DNA from: Micavibrio sp. UBA2400
GTDB lineage: Bacteria > Pseudomonadota > Alphaproteobacteria > UBA2400
Reading direction: 5' to 3'
DNA: 64,000 bases
Assembly: GCA_002343265.1 (NCBI GenBank)
Contig: DDSC01000004.1
Location: forward strand, 1,898 to 65,897
Position numbers and translations under genes: made by a program
In this document: in pieces, positions 55,929-64,000 of the stretch
Layout: every line of letters starts with the position of its first letter
Numbering within the stretch: position 1 is the first letter of the stretch
The notes under the pieces: generated by a model
Told to the model about the DNA's origin: nothing
The model's input: the letters and a program-made list of their open reading frames with translations, nothing else
The model's database searches: none

Positions 55929-56914
55929 CCTCTGGTCGCTTTAAGCACCCAGAAGCTGCGGGTATCGGCCAGCACCTGCGTGGGGCCGATGCACTTTTCC
56001 ATCGGCGCACGATAGGGCAGGAAACGGTTGCCGACAATGTAGAGCGCCCCACGGGGCGCAAGTTTTTTGGCCGCGCTGCTAAACAGCTCTTCGGTAATCG
56101 AATAATCGGTGTTCTGTCCGCTATGAAACGGCGGGTTACTGACAATCACATCCAGCGGGCCGGGGATGGCGGCCAAACCAGCTGCCACATGCACGGTCAC
56201 CCCGCTGATTTTGTTTTCGCGCAACGTGGTTTTGGTGGCGGCATAGGCCAGCGCGCTGACATCTGACGCACTCACCACCAGATCGGGCTGACGTAACTTG
56301 AGCCACGCTGCGATGATGCCGCAGCCACAGCCAAAATCATGCACGCGGGCACCCTTGGGCAGTAGCGGTGTATGCTCAAGCAACAGGCGGGTGCCGTCAT
56401 CGACCTCGCCGTGGCTGAACACACCGGGCAAACTGACCAGCACCACATCCTGCCCGGCCACATGCGTCAGGCTGCGCTCCTCCCAGGCGGCTAAGCCGTG
56501 CGCTGGCGCGCTCTCGCGCAGCACCGCATGCCACAATTCAGCATGGCCACCATAGGCCACCTTCTCGACCTTCATCCAGTGCTCATTCAACAGCGAGGGG
56601 GCGGAGGAGATACCGGAGCGACCAGCCCCAAACAACCAGAGCTTGGTTCCCGCGCCCACCTGCTCGGCCAGCATACGCAGCAACATACGGGTGAGGGATT
56701 TGGCCGGATTCCAACCCATGCACACACCGGCCAGATCGGCAGGACACTCCTCCAGCCAGTTTTGGCGGCGGGTGGAAAACGTCACCGGCCGGATATCGGG
56801 GCGTTCGCGCACAATATCGGCCGCCACGCCATCGGCATCAATAAACAGCACCCGTCCGGCGGGCAGCTTGGCCACCGCCTGTGACAGCACCCAGCGGGCG
56901 TCGGCGGTACTCAT
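55925..56914 (-). CDS. rRNA (guanine-N2)-methyltransferase, RsmC/RlmG-like
   Basis: C-terminal MTS domain with DFGCGCGII motif I and NPPFH (N2-G MTase catalytic motif). Degenerate N-terminal MTase-like domain. Confidence 0.75.
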   Translation of the reverse strand: MSTADARWVLSQAVAKLPAGRVLFIDADGVAADIVRERPDIRPVTFSTRRQNWLEECPADLAGVCMGWNPAKSLTRMLLRMLAEQVGAGTKLWLFGAGRSGISSAPSLLNEHWMKVEKVAYGGHAELWHAVLRESAPAHGLAAWEERSLTHVAGQDVVLVSLPGVFSHGEVDDGTRLLLEHTPLLPKGARVHDFGCGCGIIAAWLKLRQPDLVVSASDVSALAYAATKTTLRENKISGVTVHVAAGLAAIPGPLDVIVSNPPFHSGQNTDYSITEELFSSAAKKLAPRGALYIVGNRFLPYRAPMEKCIGPTQVLADTRSFWVLKATRG

Positions 56915-56926
56915 AAAGGCTTAGCC

Positions 56927-57382
56927 TTAGGCCACAGCGGATTCAGTCGCGCCGGGCGGCTCACCCTGATCGCTGCCGGGCTGTGGCATCTGTGCAGGGT
57001 CTTGCACTACTACGGCAGCGGCATCGGTTCCCTCTTCACCGCCCTCTGGGGTACGCGCGCGGTACAGCTCACCGGTAGCTTCCTGAATGGCGAGGATGAT
57101 ACGGTAATAATGCTCGGCGTGCTGAAGATAGTTCTCGGCCTTCACACGGTCGCCCGCGCTCTGTGCATCGCGCGCCAAGGCCTGATACTTGTCGAACACC
57201 TGAAAGACGTTGCCGCGAATGCGCACATCCGGGCCATTGCTGTCATACATCTGGTGACGATTGGGGACGCCACCACTGTTAGCGGTGTTACCGCTCATCG
57301 AGCTGCCCCCACCACCCCGGCGATGTCCGCCGCCATTGTTGCTGCCACCCCGACCACCACGCGTCCGACGCATCATCATCAT
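56927..57382 (-). CDS. DUF4167 domain protein (Gly/Arg-rich N-terminus)
   Basis: RGNVFQVFDKYQALARDAQSAGDRVKAENYLQHAEHYYR is the DUF4167 core. Conserved position next to prmC/prfA in alphaproteobacteria. Confidence 0.7.
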   Translation of the reverse strand: MMMMRRTRGGRGGSNNGGGHRRGGGGSSMSGNTANSGGVPNRHQMYDSNGPDVRIRGNVFQVFDKYQALARDAQSAGDRVKAENYLQHAEHYYRIILAIQEATGELYRARTPEGGEEGTDAAAVVVQDPAQMPQPGSDQGEPPGATESAVA

Positions 57383-57522
57383 TACTCACTTTCGTTGTTT
57401 GAACCGTGGTCTCAGGCTTAGCAACTAAACCGACTACGGAGAGTGTGGCCGGGCGCAGAAGGCGCAAACCGCACGACACCGCTCCAGCCTAGCCTTTTGC
57501 GCGGCCCAATCCAAGCCTTTTT

Positions 57523-58362
57523 TCAGCTCTTAACCACAACCAAGGCGCGCGGCACCCCGCCAAGATCATTTTTTATCGATTTGACGGTTAAATTCTGTGC
57601 TTTGGCCAAGGCACTCACGCCTGCCCCCTGCCCGAGGCCCAGCTCCAGAACGGCCACCCCACCAGGTGCAAGATGGCCGGATAAGCCAGCCAGAATGGCC
57701 CGGTAGGCCTCCAGTCCATCTGCCCCACTCACCAGCGCCGTGAGCGGGTCAAACTGGCGGACCTCGGGTTGCACCTGCTCCAGCTCGTGCCGGGCCAAAT
57801 AGGGTGGATTACTGATGACCAGATCGAACAGCCCCTCAACCTTCTCCCACCAGTTGCTCTGCAGGCACTGCACGCGGTCTGCCAAACCAAGTGCACTAAA
57901 ATTCTCTTGCGCCGTGGCAAGGGCCGCCGCGCTGCAATCAACGGCCACGCCCGTCGCCTGCGGATACTCCGTGAGCAGTGCGGCAAGCAGACAGCCGGTG
58001 CCAGTGCCAAGATCAAGTATCCGGCGCGGAGCCAAGCCGCAGTCCAGTGCGGCCTCAATCAGCGTCTCACTATCCGGGCGCGGCTCCAGCGTAGCGGGGG
58101 ACAGCTTGAAGGGCAGACCCCAGAACTCGCGCTGACCGAGAATGCGCGCCACCGGCTCATGCGCCGCGCGTCGCTCAATCAGGCTGTGATAGATGGCAAG
58201 CTGCTCCGGGGATAGCTCCTGCTGAGCCTGCATCACCAGCGTGGTGCGTGACAGGCCCGTGGCCGCTTCGAGCAGCCAGCGGGCATCCAGATCAGGGGTA
58301 GCGATCCCGACCCGGGCCAGATAGACCTGCGCCTGCGCCTGTGCCTGCGCTAGCGTACTCAC
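57523..58362 (-). CDS. prmC: Release-factor glutamine methyltransferase PrmC (HemK)
   Basis: NPPY catalytic motif (VISNPPY) and SAM motif I DLGTGTGC. Overlaps the prfA stop. Confidence 0.85.
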   Translation of the reverse strand: MSTLAQAQAQAQVYLARVGIATPDLDARWLLEAATGLSRTTLVMQAQQELSPEQLAIYHSLIERRAAHEPVARILGQREFWGLPFKLSPATLEPRPDSETLIEAALDCGLAPRRILDLGTGTGCLLAALLTEYPQATGVAVDCSAAALATAQENFSALGLADRVQCLQSNWWEKVEGLFDLVISNPPYLARHELEQVQPEVRQFDPLTALVSGADGLEAYRAILAGLSGHLAPGGVAVLELGLGQGAGVSALAKAQNLTVKSIKNDLGGVPRALVVVKS

Positions 58363-59435
58363 TCGGCGGCACCCAGCTCGGCCAGACGGGCGGCCTCATC
58401 GGCCTCGATCAGCTTGTCGATAAACTCATCCACCGCTCCGGCCATGACATTATCAATCTGGTGGCTGGTGTGATTGATGCGATGGTCGGTGACGCGTGAT
58501 TGCGGAAAATTGTAGGTGCGGATGCGCTCGGAGCGATCGCCAGTACCGACCTGGTCCTTGCGCAGACTGGCCCGCTCGGTAGCGAGGCGCTCGCGCTCCA
58601 TCTCGTAAAGCTTGGTGCGGATGATCTTAAGCGCCTTGGCGCGGTTCTTGATCTGCGATTTTTCTTCCTGCATGTGCACCGTGATACCAGTAGGCAAATG
58701 CGTCATGCGCACAGCGGATTCGGTTTTGTTGACGTGCTGGCCGCCCGCACCCCCCGAGCGCATGGTTTCGATCTTGAGGTCTTTTTCATCAAGCTGGACG
58801 TCCACCTCTTCCGCTTCCGGCATCACCGCCACTGTAACAGTCGAGGTATGCACCCGGCCCGAGGCTTCGGTTTTGGGTACGCGCTGCACACGATGCACGC
58901 CGCTCTCAAATTTCAGCCGGGCGAATACCCCTGCGCCGGTAATCTCGGCACTGGCCTCCTTAAAGCCGCCGATGCCGGTTTCAGAAATTTCCAGTGTCTC
59001 AAACGTCCAGCCCCGCTTGGCGGCATAAAGGCGGTAGACATCGAACAGCTGTGCGGCAAACAGGGCAGCCTCATCTCCACCGGCTCCGGCGCGAATTTCC
59101 AGAATAGCGTTGCGCTCGTCCGCGGCATCCTTGGGCAGCAACATGCGTTGCACCTGCAGCTTGAGCGCGGGGAGCTGCTCCTTGTGCGCCAGCCAGTCGG
59201 CCTCGGCCATCCGGCGCAGTTCCACATCGCTCTCGGTCTTCATCATGCCTTCGCACTCAGCGATCTGCTGCTCGCACGAGCGCAGAGCATTGACCGCGTC
59301 GACCACCGGGGTCAGCTCGGCATATTCCTTGGACGCTTTCATGAAGGCTTCGGCCGCCAAGGACCCGGTGGCCAGCTGGTCGCGCAATTCGTCATGGCGC
59401 ATGAGAACGCGATCGAGGCTGTGTTGCAGCGACAT
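58359..59435 (-). CDS. prfA: Peptide chain release factor 1
   Basis: GGQ motif ([12 protein letters not shown]) and P-x-T tripeptide region (RVQRVPKTE). Full-length RF1. Confidence 0.95.
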   Translation of the reverse strand: MSLQHSLDRVLMRHDELRDQLATGSLAAEAFMKASKEYAELTPVVDAVNALRSCEQQIAECEGMMKTESDVELRRMAEADWLAHKEQLPALKLQVQRMLLPKDAADERNAILEIRAGAGGDEAALFAAQLFDVYRLYAAKRGWTFETLEISETGIGGFKEASAEITGAGVFARLKFESGVHRVQRVPKTEASGRVHTSTVTVAVMPEAEEVDVQLDEKDLKIETMRSGGAGGQHVNKTESAVRMTHLPTGITVHMQEEKSQIKNRAKALKIIRTKLYEMERERLATERASLRKDQVGTGDRSERIRTYNFPQSRVTDHRINHTSHQIDNVMAGAVDEFIDKLIEADEAARLAELGAAE

Positions 59436-59453
59436 CGTTAAAAAGTCCGTTTG

Positions 59454-60065
59454 CTAGAGGTGAGGATGAGTCGAGTGGAGCCAGAGCAACGCGGGGGTTA
59501 CCCCTGCCGGCGGCCGGGTGAGGTCTTCCAGTAGCGGTTCCTGAGCAAACACCTGCCCGAGATCGCGTAGCCGCGCGTGGTTGGCATTAAAGCAGACTTG
59601 TAGATGATAGCCGTTATACTCCGGCGCATCCGACAGCAGGCCCGTGGTCACCAGACCCCGGCGTTGGGCCGCTTGCGCAAAGGCCAGCGCATTGGCGCTG
59701 TAGGCGAGGGCGATACTGGTTTGCTGCTTGAGCACGCTTTCGGGCACAAACACATAATGCTGTTCCGGCCGGGCGGCATTGCCCTCATGCTCAAGGCGGG
59801 GGGGAGCCACCGCACCGCGCAAAGCGCCCGCCAGCTGCTGAAAACTGTCACTGACCTCCAGCACGCACTCGCGCTCAGCCGCAGCGGTCGGCTGCTGTTT
59901 GCCGAGCGGCCCCCGCCGGGTGCGATAGACCGCCTCCTGCGCATTGGCAAAGATCACTGCATCCTGATACGCCGCGCGCAAAACCTGCCAATACAAATGA
60001 TACAGGCGATGCGACGGCTCGGTCACGGGCTGATAGGGCGAAACGGATTGACCAAAACGGGCCAT
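59454..60065 (-). CDS. Hypothetical protein (about 203 aa) between the rodZ-like gene and prfA
   Basis: The ORF extends to 60104; MARFGQ at 60065 is the more likely start. No family recognised. Confidence 0.4.
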   Translation of the reverse strand: MARFGQSVSPYQPVTEPSHRLYHLYWQVLRAAYQDAVIFANAQEAVYRTRRGPLGKQQPTAAAERECVLEVSDSFQQLAGALRGAVAPPRLEHEGNAARPEQHYVFVPESVLKQQTSIALAYSANALAFAQAAQRRGLVTTGLLSDAPEYNGYHLQVCFNANHARLRDLGQVFAQEPLLEDLTRPPAGVTPALLWLHSTHPHL

Positions 60066-60141
60066 GCTTGATCTTCTGAAGAAATTTATTAAAAAGCAAG
60101 TCAATTCACAGTAGCATAAATAACTCTGTATTTACAAAACT

Positions 60142-61011
60142 CTAGTTCAAAACTGCCGAACCATCCAGCAAGCGGGCGGGATCAAGCAGAACTTCGGTGC
60201 GCGAGCGCCCTACCGGGGTGGCCAGCGGTGCAACGCGATCATCGACCAGAATCGCCAGCATGGCCAGATTACCGGTCGAAAGCTTGAGCACACGACCCTT
60301 GGGAATTTCGTAGATCTGGCCGGGCTTGAGAACCAGACTGGCCACACGCACTCCATTAAGGTCATGCAGCTGCATCCAGCCCTCGCCATAAGCCCGCACC
60401 CGGACGGTGGGTGGTGCCACGACCACCGGTGCCGCGGGCTGGGCATAAACGGTGCCAGAATGCCCCTCGCTTGCCACCGGCGCGGGAGCTTCGGCAAAGC
60501 GGCTGGGCAGCGGGGGAACTTCCAGCGCCCGCGCCCGCTCGGTTGAACTGCCCGGCTGCCACACACTGTAAATACTCAGCAGCATGATGAATCCAGCCAG
60601 AAGCGCGACCAGACCGGGGCGGCGGCGTACTTCCATATCGACTGCTGCCTTGAAGGGCAGGGCGGGGAGCGTCGGCAGCTCGGCGAGGGCGCGATTATCG
60701 TTCGTGGCCTCGGCTTCAAAGCGGGTGAGCAGCTCGGCGCGGTTGAGCTGCAGGAAGCCGGCATAAGCGGCGACGAACCCCTTGGCATAGACCAGCGGTG
60801 GCAGATCGCGAAAGCGACCCTCTTCCAGCGCTTCCAGATGACCTTCGCGGATATTAAGGGCACTGGCAACTTCGCTCAGCCGGTAGCCTTGCAACAGGCG
60901 GGCATTACGCAGCTCGCTAGCGATGGATTCCGGCGTATGCGCTGCCGCCAATGCCGCGCGGGCAGGGCTGGCATCACGCCAATAGGTCTTGAAACGTCCG
61001 AGTTCGCCCAT
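60142..61011 (-). CDS. RodZ-like protein (HTH_XRE, TM, C-terminal DUF4115 domain)
   Basis: N-terminal HTH (LRNARLLQGYRLSEVASALNIREGHLEALEEGRF..LP..VYAKGFV.AYA), one TM (LLAGFIMLLSIY), and a C-terminal beta-rich domain. Confidence 0.7.
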   Translation of the reverse strand: MGELGRFKTYWRDASPARAALAAAHTPESIASELRNARLLQGYRLSEVASALNIREGHLEALEEGRFRDLPPLVYAKGFVAAYAGFLQLNRAELLTRFEAEATNDNRALAELPTLPALPFKAAVDMEVRRRPGLVALLAGFIMLLSIYSVWQPGSSTERARALEVPPLPSRFAEAPAPVASEGHSGTVYAQPAAPVVVAPPTVRVRAYGEGWMQLHDLNGVRVASLVLKPGQIYEIPKGRVLKLSTGNLAMLAILVDDRVAPLATPVGRSRTEVLLDPARLLDGSAVLN

Positions 61012-61083
61012 TTATTAACGATCCGTTAAGAAACTCTGATGGAGCGAGTCATAACAGACACTTAGCCGAATCGGCAACGGTTA

Positions 61084-63375
61084 TTATCTCGAATTGTCGA
61101 GAAATACCCCATGGTCCTGCGCATAGCCCCAGATTTTGGGGCGAAGTGAGTGATCGGCCGCTCCTTGCAGACTCTCCAGAAAGGCCGAAAACGGCCCAAG
61201 CCGAAGCGAGCGCAGCATCAGCTTGACCCCGTCCATCGCTCCCGCCGTCACCGACAGGCTGCGAAAGCCAAGACCGAGGAGCACCATTGCCTCAAGTGGT
61301 GCGCTGGCCATCTCGCCGCACAAGGTCAATGGCTTACCGGCCTGCTGACACGTCTGCGCGACGTGGCGCAGCATATTGAGAATGGCCGGGGCCAGCGGGT
61401 CATACCGCCCGGTAATGGCGGGATTCCCCCGATCGGCCGCAAAGGCAAACTGTAGCAGGTCGTTACTGCCAACCGAAAGGAAATCCACCTCCGCGAGCAG
61501 AGCGGGCAACTGGAACAGCAGGGCGGGCACTTCCAGCATGGCCCCCACTTCAAGCCGGGCCGGCGGTGGCTCCCCGCGTGCGGCAGCACGCTGCACTTCG
61601 ATCTGCAACAGTTTTTTCGCGGCGCGCAGCTCGGCAACATCAGCCACCATGGGAAACATCAAGCGCAGGGACTGCCCCGCCCCGGCCCGCAACAGAGCGC
61701 GCAGCTGGGTGCGCAGCCAGGCCGGCCGATCCAGTCCGATGCGAATGGCCCGCCAGCCCAGCGCCGGGTTTTCCTCAGCCGGATGGTTGAAATAGGGCAG
61801 GAATTTATCGCCCCCGATATCAAGGGTGCGGAAGGTTACCGGCTTGCCCGCTGCACCAGCCAGCACCTTGCGGTAGATATCGGCCTGCACCTCAACATCC
61901 GGGAAGTCGCCGCGCGAGAGGAACGGGATTTCGGTCCGATACAGCCCGATGCCCTCAGCGCGGGTTGGCTCCAGCTGGGCAATGTCGAGCAGCAGGCCGC
62001 AGTTGAGCAGCAAGGAAACAGGCACACCATCGGCGGTGACTGAAGGCAGAGCACGTACCTCGCTGTTGCGCCGCGTCTGATCGGCGCGCAGGGCCATGCC
62101 GCGGGCAAACTCGGCCCGAATTTCCTCCGAGGGGCGGATCATGACCTGTGCATTATCGGCATCGATCAGCAGGTCATCTCCGCTTTCGATGCGACTGAGA
62201 GCCTGCGCGCATTGCCCGATCACCGGCAGGCCCAGCGCCCGTGCCACAATCACCACATGGCTGGTGGCGGCCCCCTCCTCCAGAACAATGGCGCGCAGGT
62301 GTTCGCTGGGCACCTCGAGCAACTCGGCCGGGCCAAGCGAGCGCGCCACCAGCACCGCATTCTCGGGCAGCGGCGCGGCGCGGAAGGCATCGGCCGGACG
62401 CAGCAGATGCTGCAGCAGGCGACGCGACAGATCTTCAAAGTCAGCTACCCGCTCGCGCAGATACTCGTCGGGCTGGGTGGTTAGATGGGTTTTGATCTGC
62501 TCGAGTACGCGCAGCACCGCCCCCTCGGCCGAGAGGCCGGTGCGGATGGCCTCGTGCAACCGCGCAATCCAGCCCCGGTCCGCCGCAATCAGCCGATAGG
62601 TACCCAGTACCTCATCGCGCGTCGAATTTCCGCTGGGCGCAAACAGGGCATCGAGCGCGGCATGCATGGAGGACAGGGCCGTCTGCAAGCGCTTGATCTC
62701 ATGCGCCGGGTTATCGGAGACCAGATGTTCGGGCACCACTTCAGGCGCCCGCAGCACCGCCTGCCCGATCGCCAGCCCGGCGTTCAGGGTCACCCCCGTC
62801 AAACGACCTGGTAAAAACGCCACCGCCACATCGGTACCCGCTTCGGTGCGGGCGATATACTCGCCGCTCGCTACCAGCTCGGCCAGCACCATGGCCACGG
62901 TTTCAAGTGCCTCAATGGTCTCGGCCGTATAGCTGAGTGCGTCGCGGTGCTGAATGGCCAGCACGCCGCGCACCTTACCCGCCCGAATGAGCGGGACCGC
63001 GCAGAACGAGCGATATGGCTCTTCCCCGGTTTCCGGACGGTAGGCAAACTGCGGATGCTCGGGCGCGTTACTGGTAGTAAAGGGTGCCAGCGAGGCAGCC
63101 GTCGCACCAATCAGGCCCTCCCCCACCCGCAAGCGGGTTTGGTGCACGGCGGACTCTTTCAGACCAACGGTCGCAAACAGTTCCAGCACTTCGCCGGCCC
63201 GCTGCAGATACAGCGAGCAGACATCCGCACCACTGGTGCGGGCAATCAGCCGGACCGCCAGATCAAGCTTGTCCTGCGCGGGGGTATCGGCGGCCATGGC
63301 GGTGCGCAAACTGGATAGCAGTGTACGGGTATCCAGCAGTGACGGAGCCGGTGTTTCCGACAACTCCCGGCTCAT
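61084..63375 (-). CDS. ptsP: Phosphoenolpyruvate–protein phosphotransferase PtsP (EI-Ntr, N-terminal GAF)
   Basis: GAF domain plus enzyme I PEP-utilising domains (phospho-His region, and C-terminal PEP-binding ..LSVGSNDL.QF...DR). Confidence 0.9.
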   Translation of the reverse strand: MSRELSETPAPSLLDTRTLLSSLRTAMAADTPAQDKLDLAVRLIARTSGADVCSLYLQRAGEVLELFATVGLKESAVHQTRLRVGEGLIGATAASLAPFTTSNAPEHPQFAYRPETGEEPYRSFCAVPLIRAGKVRGVLAIQHRDALSYTAETIEALETVAMVLAELVASGEYIARTEAGTDVAVAFLPGRLTGVTLNAGLAIGQAVLRAPEVVPEHLVSDNPAHEIKRLQTALSSMHAALDALFAPSGNSTRDEVLGTYRLIAADRGWIARLHEAIRTGLSAEGAVLRVLEQIKTHLTTQPDEYLRERVADFEDLSRRLLQHLLRPADAFRAAPLPENAVLVARSLGPAELLEVPSEHLRAIVLEEGAATSHVVIVARALGLPVIGQCAQALSRIESGDDLLIDADNAQVMIRPSEEIRAEFARGMALRADQTRRNSEVRALPSVTADGVPVSLLLNCGLLLDIAQLEPTRAEGIGLYRTEIPFLSRGDFPDVEVQADIYRKVLAGAAGKPVTFRTLDIGGDKFLPYFNHPAEENPALGWRAIRIGLDRPAWLRTQLRALLRAGAGQSLRLMFPMVADVAELRAAKKLLQIEVQRAAARGEPPPARLEVGAMLEVPALLFQLPALLAEVDFLSVGSNDLLQFAFAADRGNPAITGRYDPLAPAILNMLRHVAQTCQQAGKPLTLCGEMASAPLEAMVLLGLGFRSLSVTAGAMDGVKLMLRSLRLGPFSAFLESLQGAADHSLRPKIWGYAQDHGVFLDNSR

Positions 63376-64000
63376 GACCCGCCTGCGGGATGGCGCTGCG
63401 TCAGCGCGGCGCAGGCCTGTGTGACCAACTCATCGAGAATATCCTTGGCGGGCTGAATGGTGGTGACCATGCCTACACTTTGCCCAGCCATCACCGAGCC
63501 GGTGTCGACATCCCCCTCCACCACCGCACGGCGCAGGGCACCAGCCCAGAAATGCTCAATCTCCAGCTGGGCAGCCTTCTGATCCAGCTCGCCCCGATCA
63601 AACCGCGCGATCACCTCGCGCTGCTTGTCCATGAATTTCCGGGTACCTTCATTGGCAAGCGCGCGCACCGGGATGACTGGAAAGCGCGGATCGATCTGGG
63701 CCGAGGGCACCGCATCGCGCGCGGCCGCCTTGATGAACGCCTGTTTGAAATTGGGATGCGCCACACATTCACTTGCGCAAACAAAACGGGTCCCCATCTG
63801 CACCCCGGCAGCGCCCATCTCAAGGAAGCTGACGATAGCCTCGCCCCGACCAATACCCCCGGCCACAAACACCGGAACCTCATCGATATGCGGGAGAATC
63901 TCCTGTGCCAGCACGGTTAGCGTCACCGGGCCGATATGCCCACCTGCTTCCATGCCCTCAAGGACCAGCGCATCGGCCCCGAGCTTGATCAGGCGGCGCG
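63372..64000 (-). CDS. Nitronate monooxygenase / enoyl-ACP reductase FabK-like (NMO family). Partial; the 5' end lies beyond the window.
   Basis: C-terminal TIM-barrel FMN-binding block ...GMEAGGHIG....L......VPV.AAGGI..G...... The ORF is open to the window edge. Confidence 0.75.
   Translation of the reverse strand, partial: RRLIKLGADALVLEGMEAGGHIGPVTLTVLAQEILPHIDEVPVFVAGGIGRGEAIVSFLEMGAAGVQMGTRFVCASECVAHPNFKQAFIKAAARDAVPSAQIDPRFPVIPVRALANEGTRKFMDKQREVIARFDRGELDQKAAQLEIEHFWAGALRRAVVEGDVDTGSVMAGQSVGMVTTIQPAKDILDELVTQACAALTQRHPAGGS

Noticed and set aside
57225-57382. Gly/Arg-rich repetitive N-terminus of the DUF4167 protein, considered as a repeat element
   Set aside because: This is the normal low-complexity N-terminal tail of this protein family, not a DNA-level repeat feature.
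58325-58345. gcctgcgcctgtgcctgcgc simple repeat
   Set aside because: It is just the coding sequence for an AQAQAQAQ stretch at the PrmC N-terminus. It is not a CRISPR or a regulatory repeat.
1-64000. CRISPR arrays, IS elements, integrases and rRNA
   Set aside because: There are no regularly spaced direct repeats and no transposase- or integrase-like ORFs. Nothing resembles rRNA. The only foreign-looking DNA is the small low-GC TA islet.

Overview
This is a gene-dense, high-GC (~62% by eye) chromosomal segment. Its gene content suggests an alphaproteobacterium of the Rhodospirillales/Acetobacteraceae type. That guess rests on three conserved arrangements: ptsP–rodZ-like–prfA–prmC–DUF4167, yfgM–bamB–der, and ybbN–lonN–trm112. 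It also rests on the presence of scoAB, a PHB depolymerase and a ChpT-family gene.

Most of the window is recognisable housekeeping:
- DNA repair and protein synthesis: radA, lysS, prfA/prmC, ftsY, der
- Cell envelope: dapF, bamB
- Carbon and nucleotide metabolism: glpK, amn, maeB, methylmalonyl-CoA mutase, scoAB, phaZ
- Other: an Atm1-type ABC exporter

There is one tRNA-Gly(CCC). Motility and chemosensory genes are prominent:
- A motA–motB stator pair.
- A tandem-PAS chemoreceptor (MCP) disrupted by a 1-nt frameshift.
- A complete che operon: cheA (Hpt–kinase–two CheW domains–C-terminal receiver), cheW, cheY, cheB, cheR.
- A ChpT-family histidine phosphotransferase gene immediately upstream of cheA.

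I found no CRISPR array, IS element, integrase or rRNA. One clearly low-GC insert (~5.34–5.99 kb) carries a RelE/ParE–RHH toxin–antitoxin pair with a perfect 16-bp palindromic operator.

The loci I cannot assign to any family I recognise are:
1. A tandem pair of divergent paralogs (30519–32876) between phaZ and glpK.
2. A ~660-aa polytopic membrane protein transcribed divergently from the che/ChpT locus (50113–52095).
3. Three hypothetical proteins framing a phoR–phoB-like two-component pair (19903–24201).
4. A solitary nuclease-fold/DUF4268-like protein (27799–28848).

I regard these as the best candidates for undescribed biology, but nothing here was searched against a database. Every family call rests on motifs I recognised by eye.
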